A stretch of 64,000 nt of DNA from Macrostomum lignano (GCA_002269645.1 NIVC01002837.1:62001-126000); one strand, 5' to 3'; positions 1 through 9,789 are shown, numbered from the stretch's first letter. Made by a program: numbers and translations. The notes: generated by a model from the sequence alone, not told the origin.

Positions 1-125
1 AAAGCGAAGCCTCTGAATGGTGGATCAAAGCTTAGTCAAGTGAAACAGCACCAAACTCGCACTTTGACCCAGTTGCGGACCCCTGTGCACACCGCCGCAG
101 TTTGAGGCCTGAGGTGTATTGTATT

Positions 126-138
126 AGCCTCATTTATC
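126..138. repeat. Target-site duplication of LINE copy 1 (partner at 6033-6045)
   Basis: AGCCTCATTTATC is present exactly on both sides of the element. Confidence 0.9.
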
Positions 139-385
139 GCACGCGAAGGCGTATTCAGCATGCCAGTGAAGTATGAGACAGACTAGGCCCATGGGCTAAG
201 GTCTGCGATGCTTCACGCCTGCCCCTATCTTCAGCAGGTCAAGGCTGGTGGGAGGTCTACACCCTCTATTTGCCTCTGGCAGCCGCAGACCCCCCCCCAC
301 GCTGTCTCGCAAGTCGACCCAGGGTACTCGTCCCCGCGTGTGTTCAAGGCAGTCCCTAGGGCTGCTGGACAGACTGGGCTCCGGC
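139..385 (+). ncRNA. HDV-like self-cleaving ribozyme at the 5' end of the LINE
   Basis: P1 GCACGCG 139-145 / CGCGUGU 335-341 (G-U at the cleavage site). P3 GGG 322-324 / CCC 332-334. L3 UACUCGU 325-331. P1.1 AC 326-327 / GU 342-343. P4 344-369. J4/2 CAGA with C370. P2 313-321 / 375-385 (bulged). Cleavage site equals the TSD boundary. Confidence 0.85.
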
Positions 386-656
386 GCTGGCGACCCTATC
401 CAGTGGCTTCGGCCGAATTTGGGTATGCGGGTCTGGCTCGCCAACCTGCAGGCCGTGGTACTGCTCAACGTACTCTCTAATGCCTAAGGTGTTGACCGTG
501 CCGATGGGCTGGAAGGCCGGGGAGTAGTCCGGTCGCAAGCGGTCCCCCTCCTGGTGTCGGGCCAGCCTTGAGGGTGCTATTGGCCTACTGCCCGGTCAGG
601 TGGAGCGGCCGGGTGGGTACCGCGCCCCTTTGAGGGTAGCCCACCAACCTTCTATC

Positions 657-2207
657 ATGGCCTTCGAGCCGACTATGGATAAACAAGCTATTTCTAGGGA
701 TGGGGACCCTTCTAAACCCCAACCTCAGTCCGAAGGACCGGCCGGCCCTGCTGGCAGATCCCAACCGACTGATTCAACTGTGGCAAAGGAAGGACCGGCT
801 GGCTCTGCTGGCAGATCCGACCAGAGCTACCAAACTCAAAATACCCTAAGACCTGCCAGCTCCGCTGGTGGATCTAAGGGAACCGCGAGCTCTGAGCCTA
901 AAGGACCGGCCAAATCTGGCAGATCTGATGAAGCTCAGCGGGCTCGGCTTGAGCGCAAACGCGCTAAACAACGCGCCAAAAGGCAGGCCAAGAAGGGAGC
1001 TGCGGGGGCCAAAGCGGCGGCGTCCACCATGGATGCTGAAGCGACTGGAGTCCCAAGGCAACCAGGCGGGCCGGCCGGTGGAAGCTCCAGTAGTTCAGCG
1101 GCGGCGCTCCCTGGAGCTGCTGCCGCGGCTGCTGAGGCCGAAACCACGGCGCAACAAATGGCCACTGCCAACAAGGAGGTTCCTTCGGGAGCTACCTTTG
1201 CGGCGAAGGCCAAGGCCAAAATCCCGGGAGTGATCATCCAAGGTCGCGACCAGGACTGGACCACTGATCAGCTTCAAAAAGTGTGGAGTGCTGTTGACTC
1301 CTATCTGATTGAGCTGACTGTCGAGGAGGGAATCTCCATCGGCGTTGAGCGGATGGTGCTGCGAAGCACATTCGTTCTTATTGCTCCTAGCAGCGAGGAG
1401 GACGCTCGGCGGCTGCTCCAGCGGCTACCGACGGTCTCCTTGGATGCTGACCTTGGCGGAGCTCTTTTTCTTCGCGAGGGCCAGCGTCCAAAGACGATAC
1501 CCTATGTGGTTTTCGTCCCTGCTAAGAGCACCGCAGCTGGACCAGACGTTATTCGCCGGGTCCTACTGCGTCTGAACCCCGACCTCCCTGCTAGTGGACT
1601 GGTGTATCACCGTAAAGTCCGCAGGGGGGAGACGGGCAACTCAATTGTCCTCGGCCTTTCCAGCACTTGGGCGAGTCGGTACCCTAATGGATCCTCTTTC
1701 CAGCTGGGTGCCCTCAAGCTCAAGTTGCGCCGAGGAAAGTCTGCCAAAGGGAAGGCTACTGCCAACCCCGGCATCTCCGGCAAGAGCGGGGCGCAGTCTA
1801 AGGCCCAAGGAAAGGCGCAAGCCGATCCCAAAGCCAAAGCTGCATCTCGCCCCTCTGCTAGCAGCAGTTCGGCGACCGCGGTAACGGCTCCGGCCGAGCC
1901 CCGGGAACCAAACCTGCCAGTCGGAGAAGGAGTTGAGGACGAGGCCGGGTCTTCGGAATCCGAGCTCTCCTCGGCCACCTTGGTGGGGTCTGAAGGTAAA
2001 GATGCAGGTGAGGAAGCTTCCTCCATCCTGTCATCGGAGCCTGAGGACTCTGCTGGGGGGCCGGTGGGGGTGAGGAGGCCATGGACGTCGACCAACTCCC
2101 ATCTCCCAGTCAAGCCCCAGCGGCCTGGGACGAGGACGATCTGTTGTCCAAGTCTCCTTGATGGCCCTGGCTCTAGCCAGATATTGCATTTAATACAGTA
2201 TGACTAA
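657..2207 (+). CDS. LINE ORF1 (gag-like nucleic-acid chaperone, DUF4780-like); probable frameshift near 2055-2070
   Basis: ATG at 657 in the 600-2207 frame. Basic low-complexity N-terminus (RKRAKQRAKRQAKK). Central block YVVFVP...IRRVLLRLNPDLP...IVLGL...FQLGALKLKL resembles DUF4780 of LOA ORF1s (from recall). Acidic C-terminus. Confidence 0.8.
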   Translation: MAFEPTMDKQAISRDGDPSKPQPQSEGPAGPAGRSQPTDSTVAKEGPAGSAGRSDQSYQTQNTLRPASSAGGSKGTASSEPKGPAKSGRSDEAQRARLERKRAKQRAKRQAKKGAAGAKAAASTMDAEATGVPRQPGGPAGGSSSSSAAALPGAAAAAAEAETTAQQMATANKEVPSGATFAAKAKAKIPGVIIQGRDQDWTTDQLQKVWSAVDSYLIELTVEEGISIGVERMVLRSTFVLIAPSSEEDARRLLQRLPTVSLDADLGGALFLREGQRPKTIPYVVFVPAKSTAAGPDVIRRVLLRLNPDLPASGLVYHRKVRRGETGNSIVLGLSSTWASRYPNGSSFQLGALKLKLRRGKSAKGKATANPGISGKSGAQSKAQGKAQADPKAKAASRPSASSSSATAVTAPAEPREPNLPVGEGVEDEAGSSESELSSATLVGSEGKDAGEEASSILSSEPEDSAGGPVGVRRPWTSTNSHLPVKPQRPGTRTICCPSLLDGPGSSQILHLIQYD

Positions 2208-5200
2208 GCTCCACGCTGCCAAAGGAGCGACATTCTGTCTGCAAATAAATTTACAGCATTGCGTATCTGCGTCAGTAAATCTGATGAAGATTGCTGAGCT
2301 GTACAGGCCAGGCCTCATCCTGATCCAGGAACCCTGGATGCGCAACGGTAAGTTGCCCAACATTCCCTCTGGCTACTCTGATTTTTATGTGTGTGGCCCG
2401 GGGAACAGCCGCCCTAGAGCGGCTATCCTCGCTGCTAGCCATCTCCAGGCTTGGCTGAGGACTGATCTCTCTGATGGAGACCTTTGCGTCATCCAATCTA
2501 ATCATTTCTCTCCGCGTACGTGTCTTGTTGCCTCGGTTTATATCCCAGGCGACAGAGACCCTGCTCCCGAGAGTTTACTGCGCCTTGCGCAGTACTGCGA
2601 GTCCCAGAACGCTGAGCTGTGCTTAGGGGGCGACCTCAACGCGCACCACAAGCACTGGGGCAGCAAAGATACCAACACTAGAGGAGAGGAGCTTCTGGCC
2701 CTCATCTCTAACACAAACCTCATGCTCTGCAACCGCGGCAGCACTCCTACCTTTAATAATGGCAGATGGACCGAGGTCCTCGACGCCACACTCGTTACCC
2801 CAAGACTCTTTGACAGAGTCAAGGAGTGGAGAGTCTGGTCTGAGGAGCCCTCCCTGTCTGACCACTGCTTTATCGCCTTTAACATCGCGGACACTAAAAC
2901 CCAGTCTCCGATCACTTGGAGACGCAATATCCGCAACACTGATTGGGCGGCCTACAAGGCTGCCCTTGATCTGCACCTGCAGGAACTCACGGACTTACGT
3001 CCGATTGAGACCTGCGAGGATGTGGATCATATGGCTGAGACGCTGACAGGTTGCATTATTGCAGCCTACGAAGCGGCTTGTCCTGCTCGCGCCTACAGAG
3101 GCAAGACCTCGGCGCCGTGGTGGAACCCGGAGCTGGGGAAACTCAGGCGGAAGGCCAAAAGCCTTCATCGCCGTGCCATGAAGACCGGAAACCCGGAGGA
3201 CATGGAGCTTTTCCGGCAAGCCTCCCGCAATTTCAAATCTGAAGTGCGCAAGGCCAAGGAATGTAAGTGGCGCCAATTCTGCAATGAATTGGATCAAGAC
3301 AGACCTACTTCTAGGCTTGTCAAGGCCCTTACAATGGACAAAATGTCCAAATTAGCCATGATCAAAAAAGATGATGGCTCTCTTACTAAAGACCCTGAAG
3401 AAGTGCTTCAGCATATGCTTAGCACATTCTTCCCGAGGGTACCTACTGCTAGACCGGAGCCCAACCATTCGATGGATGGAGCCACCCTAGCGGCGGGCAT
3501 TGTCACTGAAGACCTAATCGCTCGTGCGGTCAGAACCTTCAAACCCTTCAAATCTCCTGGACCTGATGGTATCTACCCTGTTCTCCTTCGTGAAGCAGCC
3601 AAGATACCCTCGTTCCTGAGACTCACCCGCAATCTTATGCGGGCCTCTATCCAGCTGGGATACGTTCCCAAAAGCTGGACTGAAGCTCGAGTAGTCTTTA
3701 TTCCCAAACCTGGGAAGGGTGACTACCAAAGCGTCAAGGCCTTCCGGCCAATTAGCTTAACGTCAGCAATGCTTAAGCTCACTGAGAGGCTTATTCTCTG
3801 GCGGCTGCTCTCCTGCGAGCTGACAGCGATGCCCCTCAGCAATAATCAGCACGCCTTCCGTACCGGGAGGTCGACTGACAGCGCCCTGCATGCGATTGTC
3901 GAAAAGATTGAACGGGCGGTACTGGGTGACGGTTACGCCCTGGCTCTCTTTCTTGACATTGTTGGCGCCTTCGACAACGTTATCTTTGAAGCGTTTCAGA
4001 GGGCCCTTCAAAATCGCAAAGCTCATGCTACCCTCATACGGTGGATCATGTACATGATCTCCAACCGTACGGTCACTGCCCAACTTCTTGGGCAAACTGC
4101 CTCCACCAGAGTCTGTAAGGGTGGACCCCAAGGCGGAGTCCTCACCCCGACGCTCTGGAACCTGGTCATGGACGCTCTTCTGAGTGACTCCCGACCTGAC
4201 CCCGTCTTCAAAGTCGGGTATGCTGATGACGTCACGGCCATTGTGGCAGGACCGTCTCCCAGCACGCTCAGGGATCTGATGCAGAGCTTTATCCGCAAAG
4301 CAGAATCCTGGGCCAATGACAATGGTTTGGAACTCTCTGAGCCCAAAACCGTTGCCATTATGTTTACCAGCAGACTACGCTGGAACATACGTCCTCTGCA
4401 GCTCTACGGCAGAGATATTGCCTTCGCGCACCAGACCAGATGTCTCGGGGTCACACTTGACCACCGGCTCAACTGGTCCTTCCACGTGAAAGCAAAAGCT
4501 AAGCGTGCCTCAGCCATCCTGGCCCAGCTCCGACGAGCACTTGGCACTTCTTGGGGTCTATCCCCAAAGCGGCTTTGGTGGATCTATACTTCCGTAGTTA
4601 GACCTGCCATTACGTACGCCTCTGTTGTCTGGGTTAGCGCTACCCAGGTCAAAAGCCATGCAGACCTGCTCAACACGATCCAAGGCAGAGCGTGTAGGCT
4701 CATCTGCAACGCCACCAGGTCCACGCCCTTTGCTGGCATGGGGGCCTTTCTTAATCTTCCGCCTCTTGACCTCTTCATCAGGGGTGAGGCGGCTAGAACG
4801 ACGCGGCGTCTAATTGATGCCGGCGTCAAATTCATTTACATGAGAGCACCTGCTAAGCGGAACCTTGTCCCGCATAGCGATCTGTGCCTCAACTTTCTCA
4901 ACGAGTGTCAGGCCAATCGCGTCTTCACCGATGGCATTGCCTCAACGCTCAACCTGAGACAGCGCTACTCCGTAGCTATCGACTCGCGCGATAACATCAA
5001 TGACCATTGGAACCCTGGTGAGCTTCATTGCTACACCGACGGTTCTAAGCAGTCAGCCAACACCGGCTTTGGTGTTGGAATCTTTCTGAACGGGAGGGTC
5101 ATCGCTACCCACGCTCAATACACTGGGGTCAACTCCAGTGTTTTCCAAAATGAAGTTCTGGCCATCAGCTCCTGCACTGCAGAGCTTCTCGCCACTGGCG

Positions 5201-5940
5201 TTACTGGTAAGAACATCATTTTCCATTCGGACAGCCAAGCTGCCTTGCACGCCATCAGTGGCTGCAGCACCAACTCTGCTACAGTCCTTGACTGTATCAA
5301 ACTCCTCAATGTGTTGGGTTCCGCCAACAAAATTACCCTTAAGTGGGTTCCGGGGCATGTGGGGATCCGAGGAAATGAGTTGGCTGACACCCTTGCAAAA
5401 GTTGGTGCCTCCGGCTCCTCTCTCGGCCCCGAACCTCTTGTCCCGATTCCTGGCTGTGTCATCGACTCGCGCATCAAAGCGTGGATCAGGACTCAGCACC
5501 GCTCGACTTGGGCGAACCGCACGAACTGCAGGCAATCCAGAGGCGCTGTCCCTCAGCCCTCTCACCAGCTCCGGAAGCTCCTCTTGCGCCTCTCGCGCAG
5601 AGACATCCGGGCTGCCACCATGACCCTCTCTGGTCACGGCTGCTTCTCCAGGCACCAGTACCTGCAGGGCAACGCCACCAACGCCACCTGTAGTTTCTGC
5701 AACTCAGGTGACGAAACCGCTGAGCATTTCGTCAGCATCTGTCCCGCCTTCACGCGGGCCAGACTCACTTACCTCGGGCCACACACATCTATTACTGAAG
5801 CGTGCAAACCCGAAAACTTTAATCAGCTCATGCGCTACCTTCGGGCCACCCGCAGGGCTGAACTCTCCTTTCCAGAGAGCACCATAGCTGCTGGCGACAC
5901 TGGGGGACCTCCCTGGGCGGCGCCAACCCTCCGTCCATAG
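2200..5940 (+). CDS. LINE ORF2: AP endonuclease, reverse transcriptase, RNase H, C-terminal CCHC zinc finger (intact, 1246 aa)
   Basis: APE motifs QINLQH, IQEP, GDLNAHH, SDH. RT motifs KSPGPDG, FRPISL, LDIVGAFD, GPQGGVL, YADD, CLGVTLD. RNase H motifs YTDGS, QNEVLAI, SDSQAAL, WVPGH, GNELAD. Zinc finger CSFC...EHFVSIC. Confidence 0.97.
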   Translation: MTKLHAAKGATFCLQINLQHCVSASVNLMKIAELYRPGLILIQEPWMRNGKLPNIPSGYSDFYVCGPGNSRPRAAILAASHLQAWLRTDLSDGDLCVIQSNHFSPRTCLVASVYIPGDRDPAPESLLRLAQYCESQNAELCLGGDLNAHHKHWGSKDTNTRGEELLALISNTNLMLCNRGSTPTFNNGRWTEVLDATLVTPRLFDRVKEWRVWSEEPSLSDHCFIAFNIADTKTQSPITWRRNIRNTDWAAYKAALDLHLQELTDLRPIETCEDVDHMAETLTGCIIAAYEAACPARAYRGKTSAPWWNPELGKLRRKAKSLHRRAMKTGNPEDMELFRQASRNFKSEVRKAKECKWRQFCNELDQDRPTSRLVKALTMDKMSKLAMIKKDDGSLTKDPEEVLQHMLSTFFPRVPTARPEPNHSMDGATLAAGIVTEDLIARAVRTFKPFKSPGPDGIYPVLLREAAKIPSFLRLTRNLMRASIQLGYVPKSWTEARVVFIPKPGKGDYQSVKAFRPISLTSAMLKLTERLILWRLLSCELTAMPLSNNQHAFRTGRSTDSALHAIVEKIERAVLGDGYALALFLDIVGAFDNVIFEAFQRALQNRKAHATLIRWIMYMISNRTVTAQLLGQTASTRVCKGGPQGGVLTPTLWNLVMDALLSDSRPDPVFKVGYADDVTAIVAGPSPSTLRDLMQSFIRKAESWANDNGLELSEPKTVAIMFTSRLRWNIRPLQLYGRDIAFAHQTRCLGVTLDHRLNWSFHVKAKAKRASAILAQLRRALGTSWGLSPKRLWWIYTSVVRPAITYASVVWVSATQVKSHADLLNTIQGRACRLICNATRSTPFAGMGAFLNLPPLDLFIRGEAARTTRRLIDAGVKFIYMRAPAKRNLVPHSDLCLNFLNECQANRVFTDGIASTLNLRQRYSVAIDSRDNINDHWNPGELHCYTDGSKQSANTGFGVGIFLNGRVIATHAQYTGVNSSVFQNEVLAISSCTAELLATGVTGKNIIFHSDSQAALHAISGCSTNSATVLDCIKLLNVLGSANKITLKWVPGHVGIRGNELADTLAKVGASGSSLGPEPLVPIPGCVIDSRIKAWIRTQHRSTWANRTNCRQSRGAVPQPSHQLRKLLLRLSRRDIRAATMTLSGHGCFSRHQYLQGNATNATCSFCNSGDETAEHFVSICPAFTRARLTYLGPHTSITEACKPENFNQLMRYLRATRRAELSFPESTIAAGDTGGPPWAAPTLRP

Positions 5941-6254
5941 CGACGCGTCGGCCGTTCAGGGACTAGCGGAATGGGCGCCCGCGCCTTCCCGCTGTGTCCC
6001 CTCCGGGACAGCCCTGCAGCTAAGTCAAGTCAAGCCTCATTTATCTTCATCTGCAAGTCTGACTTCCGCTTCAAGCTTTGCTAGTTGTGTTCTCAAGCCG
6101 CTTGAAGAAAATGCTTGAGTTATGACTAGCTGGTTTTGGTTGGGACTCCGCTGGCATTGTCCTTGAACTGGGCCTGTGCAGTGCTTCGGTGTGTGTGCTT
6201 TGATTGTATTCAGATTAACTTACCCTCTCATAGCTAAAGAGAAGTGGAAATATT

Positions 6255-7090
6255 ATAGACCTCTGATAGATTTTGAGATGCATCCTCGATAGATTTGAGA
6301 TCGATCTCAGATAGATTTGAGATAGACCTCTGATAGATTTGAGATGGATTTCCGATAGATTTGAGATGGAACTCCAATAGATTTGAGATAGATCTCCGAT
6401 AGATTTGAGATAGATCCTCGATAGATTTGAGATAGATCTCTGATAGATTTGAGATGGATCTCCGATAGATTTGATATGGAACTCCAATAGATTTGAGATA
6501 GATCTCCGATAGATTTGAGATAGATCCTCGATAGATTTGAGATAGATCTCTGATAGATTTGAGATGGATCTCCGATAGATTTGAGATGGAACTCCAATAG
6601 ATTTGAGATAGATCTCCGATAGATTTGAGATAGATCCTCGATAGATTTGAGATAGATCTCCGATAGATTTGAGATAGACCTCTGATAGGTTTGAGATAGA
6701 TCTCTGATAGATTTGAGATAGACCTCTGATAGGTTTGAGATAGATCTCTGATAGATTTGAGATAGATCCTCGATAGATTTGAGATAGATCTCCGATAGAT
6801 TTGAGATAGACCTCTGATAGATTTGAGATAGACCTCTGATAGATTTGAGATAGATCTCCGATAGATTTGAGATAGATCTCCGATAGATTTGAGATAGATC
6901 TCCGATAGATTTGAGATAGATCCTCGATAGATTTGAGATAGAGCTCCGATACATTTGAGATAGACCACCGATAGATTTGAGATAGATCACCGATAGATTT
7001 GAGATAGATCTCCGATAGATTTGAGATAGATCTCCGATAGATTTAAGATAGATCTTCAATAGATTTCGACAGATTGGAGACAAATCTCAG
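6255..7090. repeat. 22-bp minisatellite GATAGATTTGAGATAGATCTCC
   Basis: Direct inspection; period 22. Confidence 0.95.
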
Positions 7091-7560
7091 ACAGATTCAG
7101 AACGATTTCTGTACGCAAACGCAACTAAAAGCAAACGATGGAGGAAGGAAAAGAGGAAGCAGACCAAAACAACAGCCGGTTGGTAAAGCATGTTTTCATA
7201 AACTGCCGGAATTCAACGGCAAACTGAGGTGGCCAGCGTCCGCCCCGACACGAACTGACTGACGATGCAGACCTGGGCTGTGTTTGTCCGTTAAATAACT
7301 CCCCCAAGGTCTGGCTGCCGCTGTCTCGCTTGCCTCGGGAAAAGTTTTCCGGGCGCCGCAGGAGGAAAAACAGGAGAGGGGATTTGCTGCCAAATGTGTC
7401 AGAGGCTGTTTCTGTTTGCGCCAGGCAAACAGGGAAATGTCCGCGAGGGGGTTTAGTGACTCTCCTGGGGGACTACAGTTTATGATGTCCGCCTGGCTGC
7501 GGCTCCGGAACCGGCTGTTCTTGAGTCTGCAGTCTAAATATCTAACTAATTAGAATTAAA

Positions 7561-8420
7561 TACCTGTCTGGCTGTTCGCCTGTCTGCCCGTCTACCTGTC
7601 TGCCTGTCTGTCTATCTACCTGTCTACCTGCCTGTCTTTCTACCTGTCTGCCTGGTTATCTACCTGTCTGCCTGTCTCCCTGTCTGTCTATCTACCTGCC
7701 TGTCTGTCTGTCTATCTAACTGTCTGCCTAGTTGTCTGCCTGCCTGCCTGCCCGTCTACCTGTCTGCCTGCCTGCCTGCCCGTCTACCTGTCTGCCTGTC
7801 TGTCTATCTACCTGCCTGTCTTTCTACCTGTCTGCCTGGTTATCTACCTGTCTGCCTGTCTCCCTGTCTGTCTATCTACCTGCCTGTCTGTCTGTCTATC
7901 TAACTGTCTGCCTAGTTGTCTGCCTGCCTGCCTGCCTGTCTACCTGTCTGCCTGTCTGTCTATCTACCTGCCTGTCTTTCTACCTGTCTGCCTGGTTATC
8001 TACCTGTCTGCCTGTCTCCCTGTCTGTCTATCTACCTGCCTGTCTGTCTGTCTATCTAACTGTCTGCCTAGTTGTCTGCCTGCCTGCCTGCCTGTCTACC
8101 TGTCTGCCTGTCTGTCTATCTACCTGCCTGTCTTTCTACCTGTCTGCCTGGTTATCTACCTGTCTGCCTGTCTCCCTGTCTGTCTATCTACCTGCCTGTC
8201 TGTCTGTCTATCTACCTGCCTGTCTCTCTGTCTATCTACCTGCCTGTCTGTCTGTCTATCTACCTGCCTGTCTGTCTGTCTATCTACCCGTCTGCCTAGT
8301 TATCTGCCTGCCTGCCTGTCTACCTGTCTGTCTATCTGCATATATTACCAGTCTATCTGTCTGCTCATCTGCCTGCCTATCTGTCTGTTCGCCTGTCTGC
8401 CTGTCTACCTTTCTGTTTAT
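7561..8420. repeat. CTGY/CTAT-based simple repeat with a 156-bp higher-order unit
   Basis: A 52-codon block recurs in the translated frame (~3-4 copies). Confidence 0.9.
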
Positions 8421-9009
8421 TTACCTAAATGTACCTATTTACCTTTGTCTTATTTACTTACTTATACCAGTACAACTTACACTCTACCTACTTATCTACC
8501 CAGATATCTACCTGTCTGCGTATCTACTTTGCTATATACACGATTTATCCGTCTATCTCTTTATCTAGCATATATAATTCATATCAGTGTTATTCTCTGT
8601 CGAGCACCTGAGACATTCACAGCTAATATTTGCTTGTTTTTGTTCATGGGCCACCAATTAAATTGCTTGAATTCCACTCGACCGAACAGCGCAGAAAATT
8701 GCTTTTGATTTCTGCTTTGAAGCAGCAAATTTCAATTTGATATTTTGCTCTGTTTAAGGCGCAATTCACTGCTGGCTCTGGCTGCCTAATTGGACTCGCA
8801 GGTGCAGTCTCAGTCTGTGGCCCGATTTTCTCAAAGAAATGGATTCGATTCGATTACGGGGCGCAAATCGTGCTCATGTGCGACTCTTGCAAGATTTCAA
8901 GCAGGAAAATATTACGACACAAGATTTAATGAAAAGACAAGACTCACAGAAAAATAGTGAAATATTTCCATTTATAAGCCAGGTGGTTAGATATAAATCA
9001 CAATATTTC

Positions 9010-9565
9010 GATTTCAAATCCCCAATCCCAAGATTCAAATCCCAAATCCCAAGATTCAAATCCCAAATCCCAAGATTCAAATCCCAAATCCCAAGATTCA
9101 AATCCCAAATCCAAGATTCTAATCCTAGATTCCAAGATTCTAACCCTAAATCCCAAGATTCTAACCCTAGATTCCAAAGATTCTAACCCAAAATCCAAAG
9201 ATTCTAACCCTAAATCCAAAGATTCTAACCCTAAATCCAAAGATTCTAACCCTAAATCCAAAGATTCTAACCCTAAATCCAAAGATTCTAACCCAAAATC
9301 CAAAGATTCTAACCCTAAATCCAAAGATTCTAACCCTTAAATCCAAAGATTCTAACCCTAAATCCAAAGATTCTAACCCAAAATCCAAAGATTCTAACCC
9401 TAAATCCCAAGATTCTGATCCCAAATTCTAAGATTCAAATCTCAAATCCCAAGATTATAACCCCAAATCCCAAGATTAAAATCTCAAATCCCATGATTCT
9501 AATCCCAAATCCTAAGATTCTAACCCCAAATCCACAAACTAAGACCCCAAATCCCAAACCCCAGA
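9010..9565. repeat. 21-bp minisatellite CCAAAGATTCTAACCCTAAAT
   Basis: Period 21. Confidence 0.95.
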
Positions 9566-9602
9566 CAACAGCGATGACATTAATCTGTCCACAGCAACTC
9601 AC

Positions 9603-9704
9603 CCAGGTTGAAGGCGTCAGCGTTGTTGCCGCACACCTGAGCCACGTCCGGGTTGGCTCGCCAGCCGGCAGCGTACAGCAGGCAGGACAGCAGAACGAAC
9701 AGCG
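9603..9704 (-). CDS. LHFPL: LHFPL-family protein, exon 3
   Basis: TTCCCTCAG acceptor, GTGAGT donor; (S)LFVLLSCLLYAAGWRANPDVAQVCGNNADAFNL(G) matches YP.GW...V...CG....F.LG; phase 1 to 1. The TM4 exon was not found. Confidence 0.85.
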
Positions 9705-9789
9705 CTGAGGGAATTTATTTAGTGTGGGATTCTTTGTGTCACATCCTAAAACTTTGCTCAAAAACATACCGAAAAATATTACATCTTAA

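Larger units (their letters stand above)
139..6032 (+). mobile_element. Full-length non-LTR retrotransposon (LINE), LOA/Baggins/Lian-like, I group
   Basis: Two ORFs (DUF4780-like ORF1; APE-RT-RNase H-CCHC ORF2), short 3' UTR ending in TAAGTCAAGTCAAG, flanked by the 13-bp direct repeat AGCCTCATTTATC at 126-138 and 6033-6045. Confidence 0.95.

Noticed and set aside
10-108. Minus-strand GSKCEFG as the missing LHFPL TM4 exon
   Set aside because: No GW.Y or hydrophobic helix follows; stop after a few codons.
1607-5655. Antisense and alternative-frame ORFs inside the LINEs (also 59059-62827)
   Set aside because: Shadows of GC-rich coding sequence; no independent motifs.
5941-6033. LINE 3' UTR as an HDV-like ribozyme (contains GCUAA)
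   Set aside because: No P2 partner and no P3/L3/P1.1 topology; it folds as a simple multi-branch structure.
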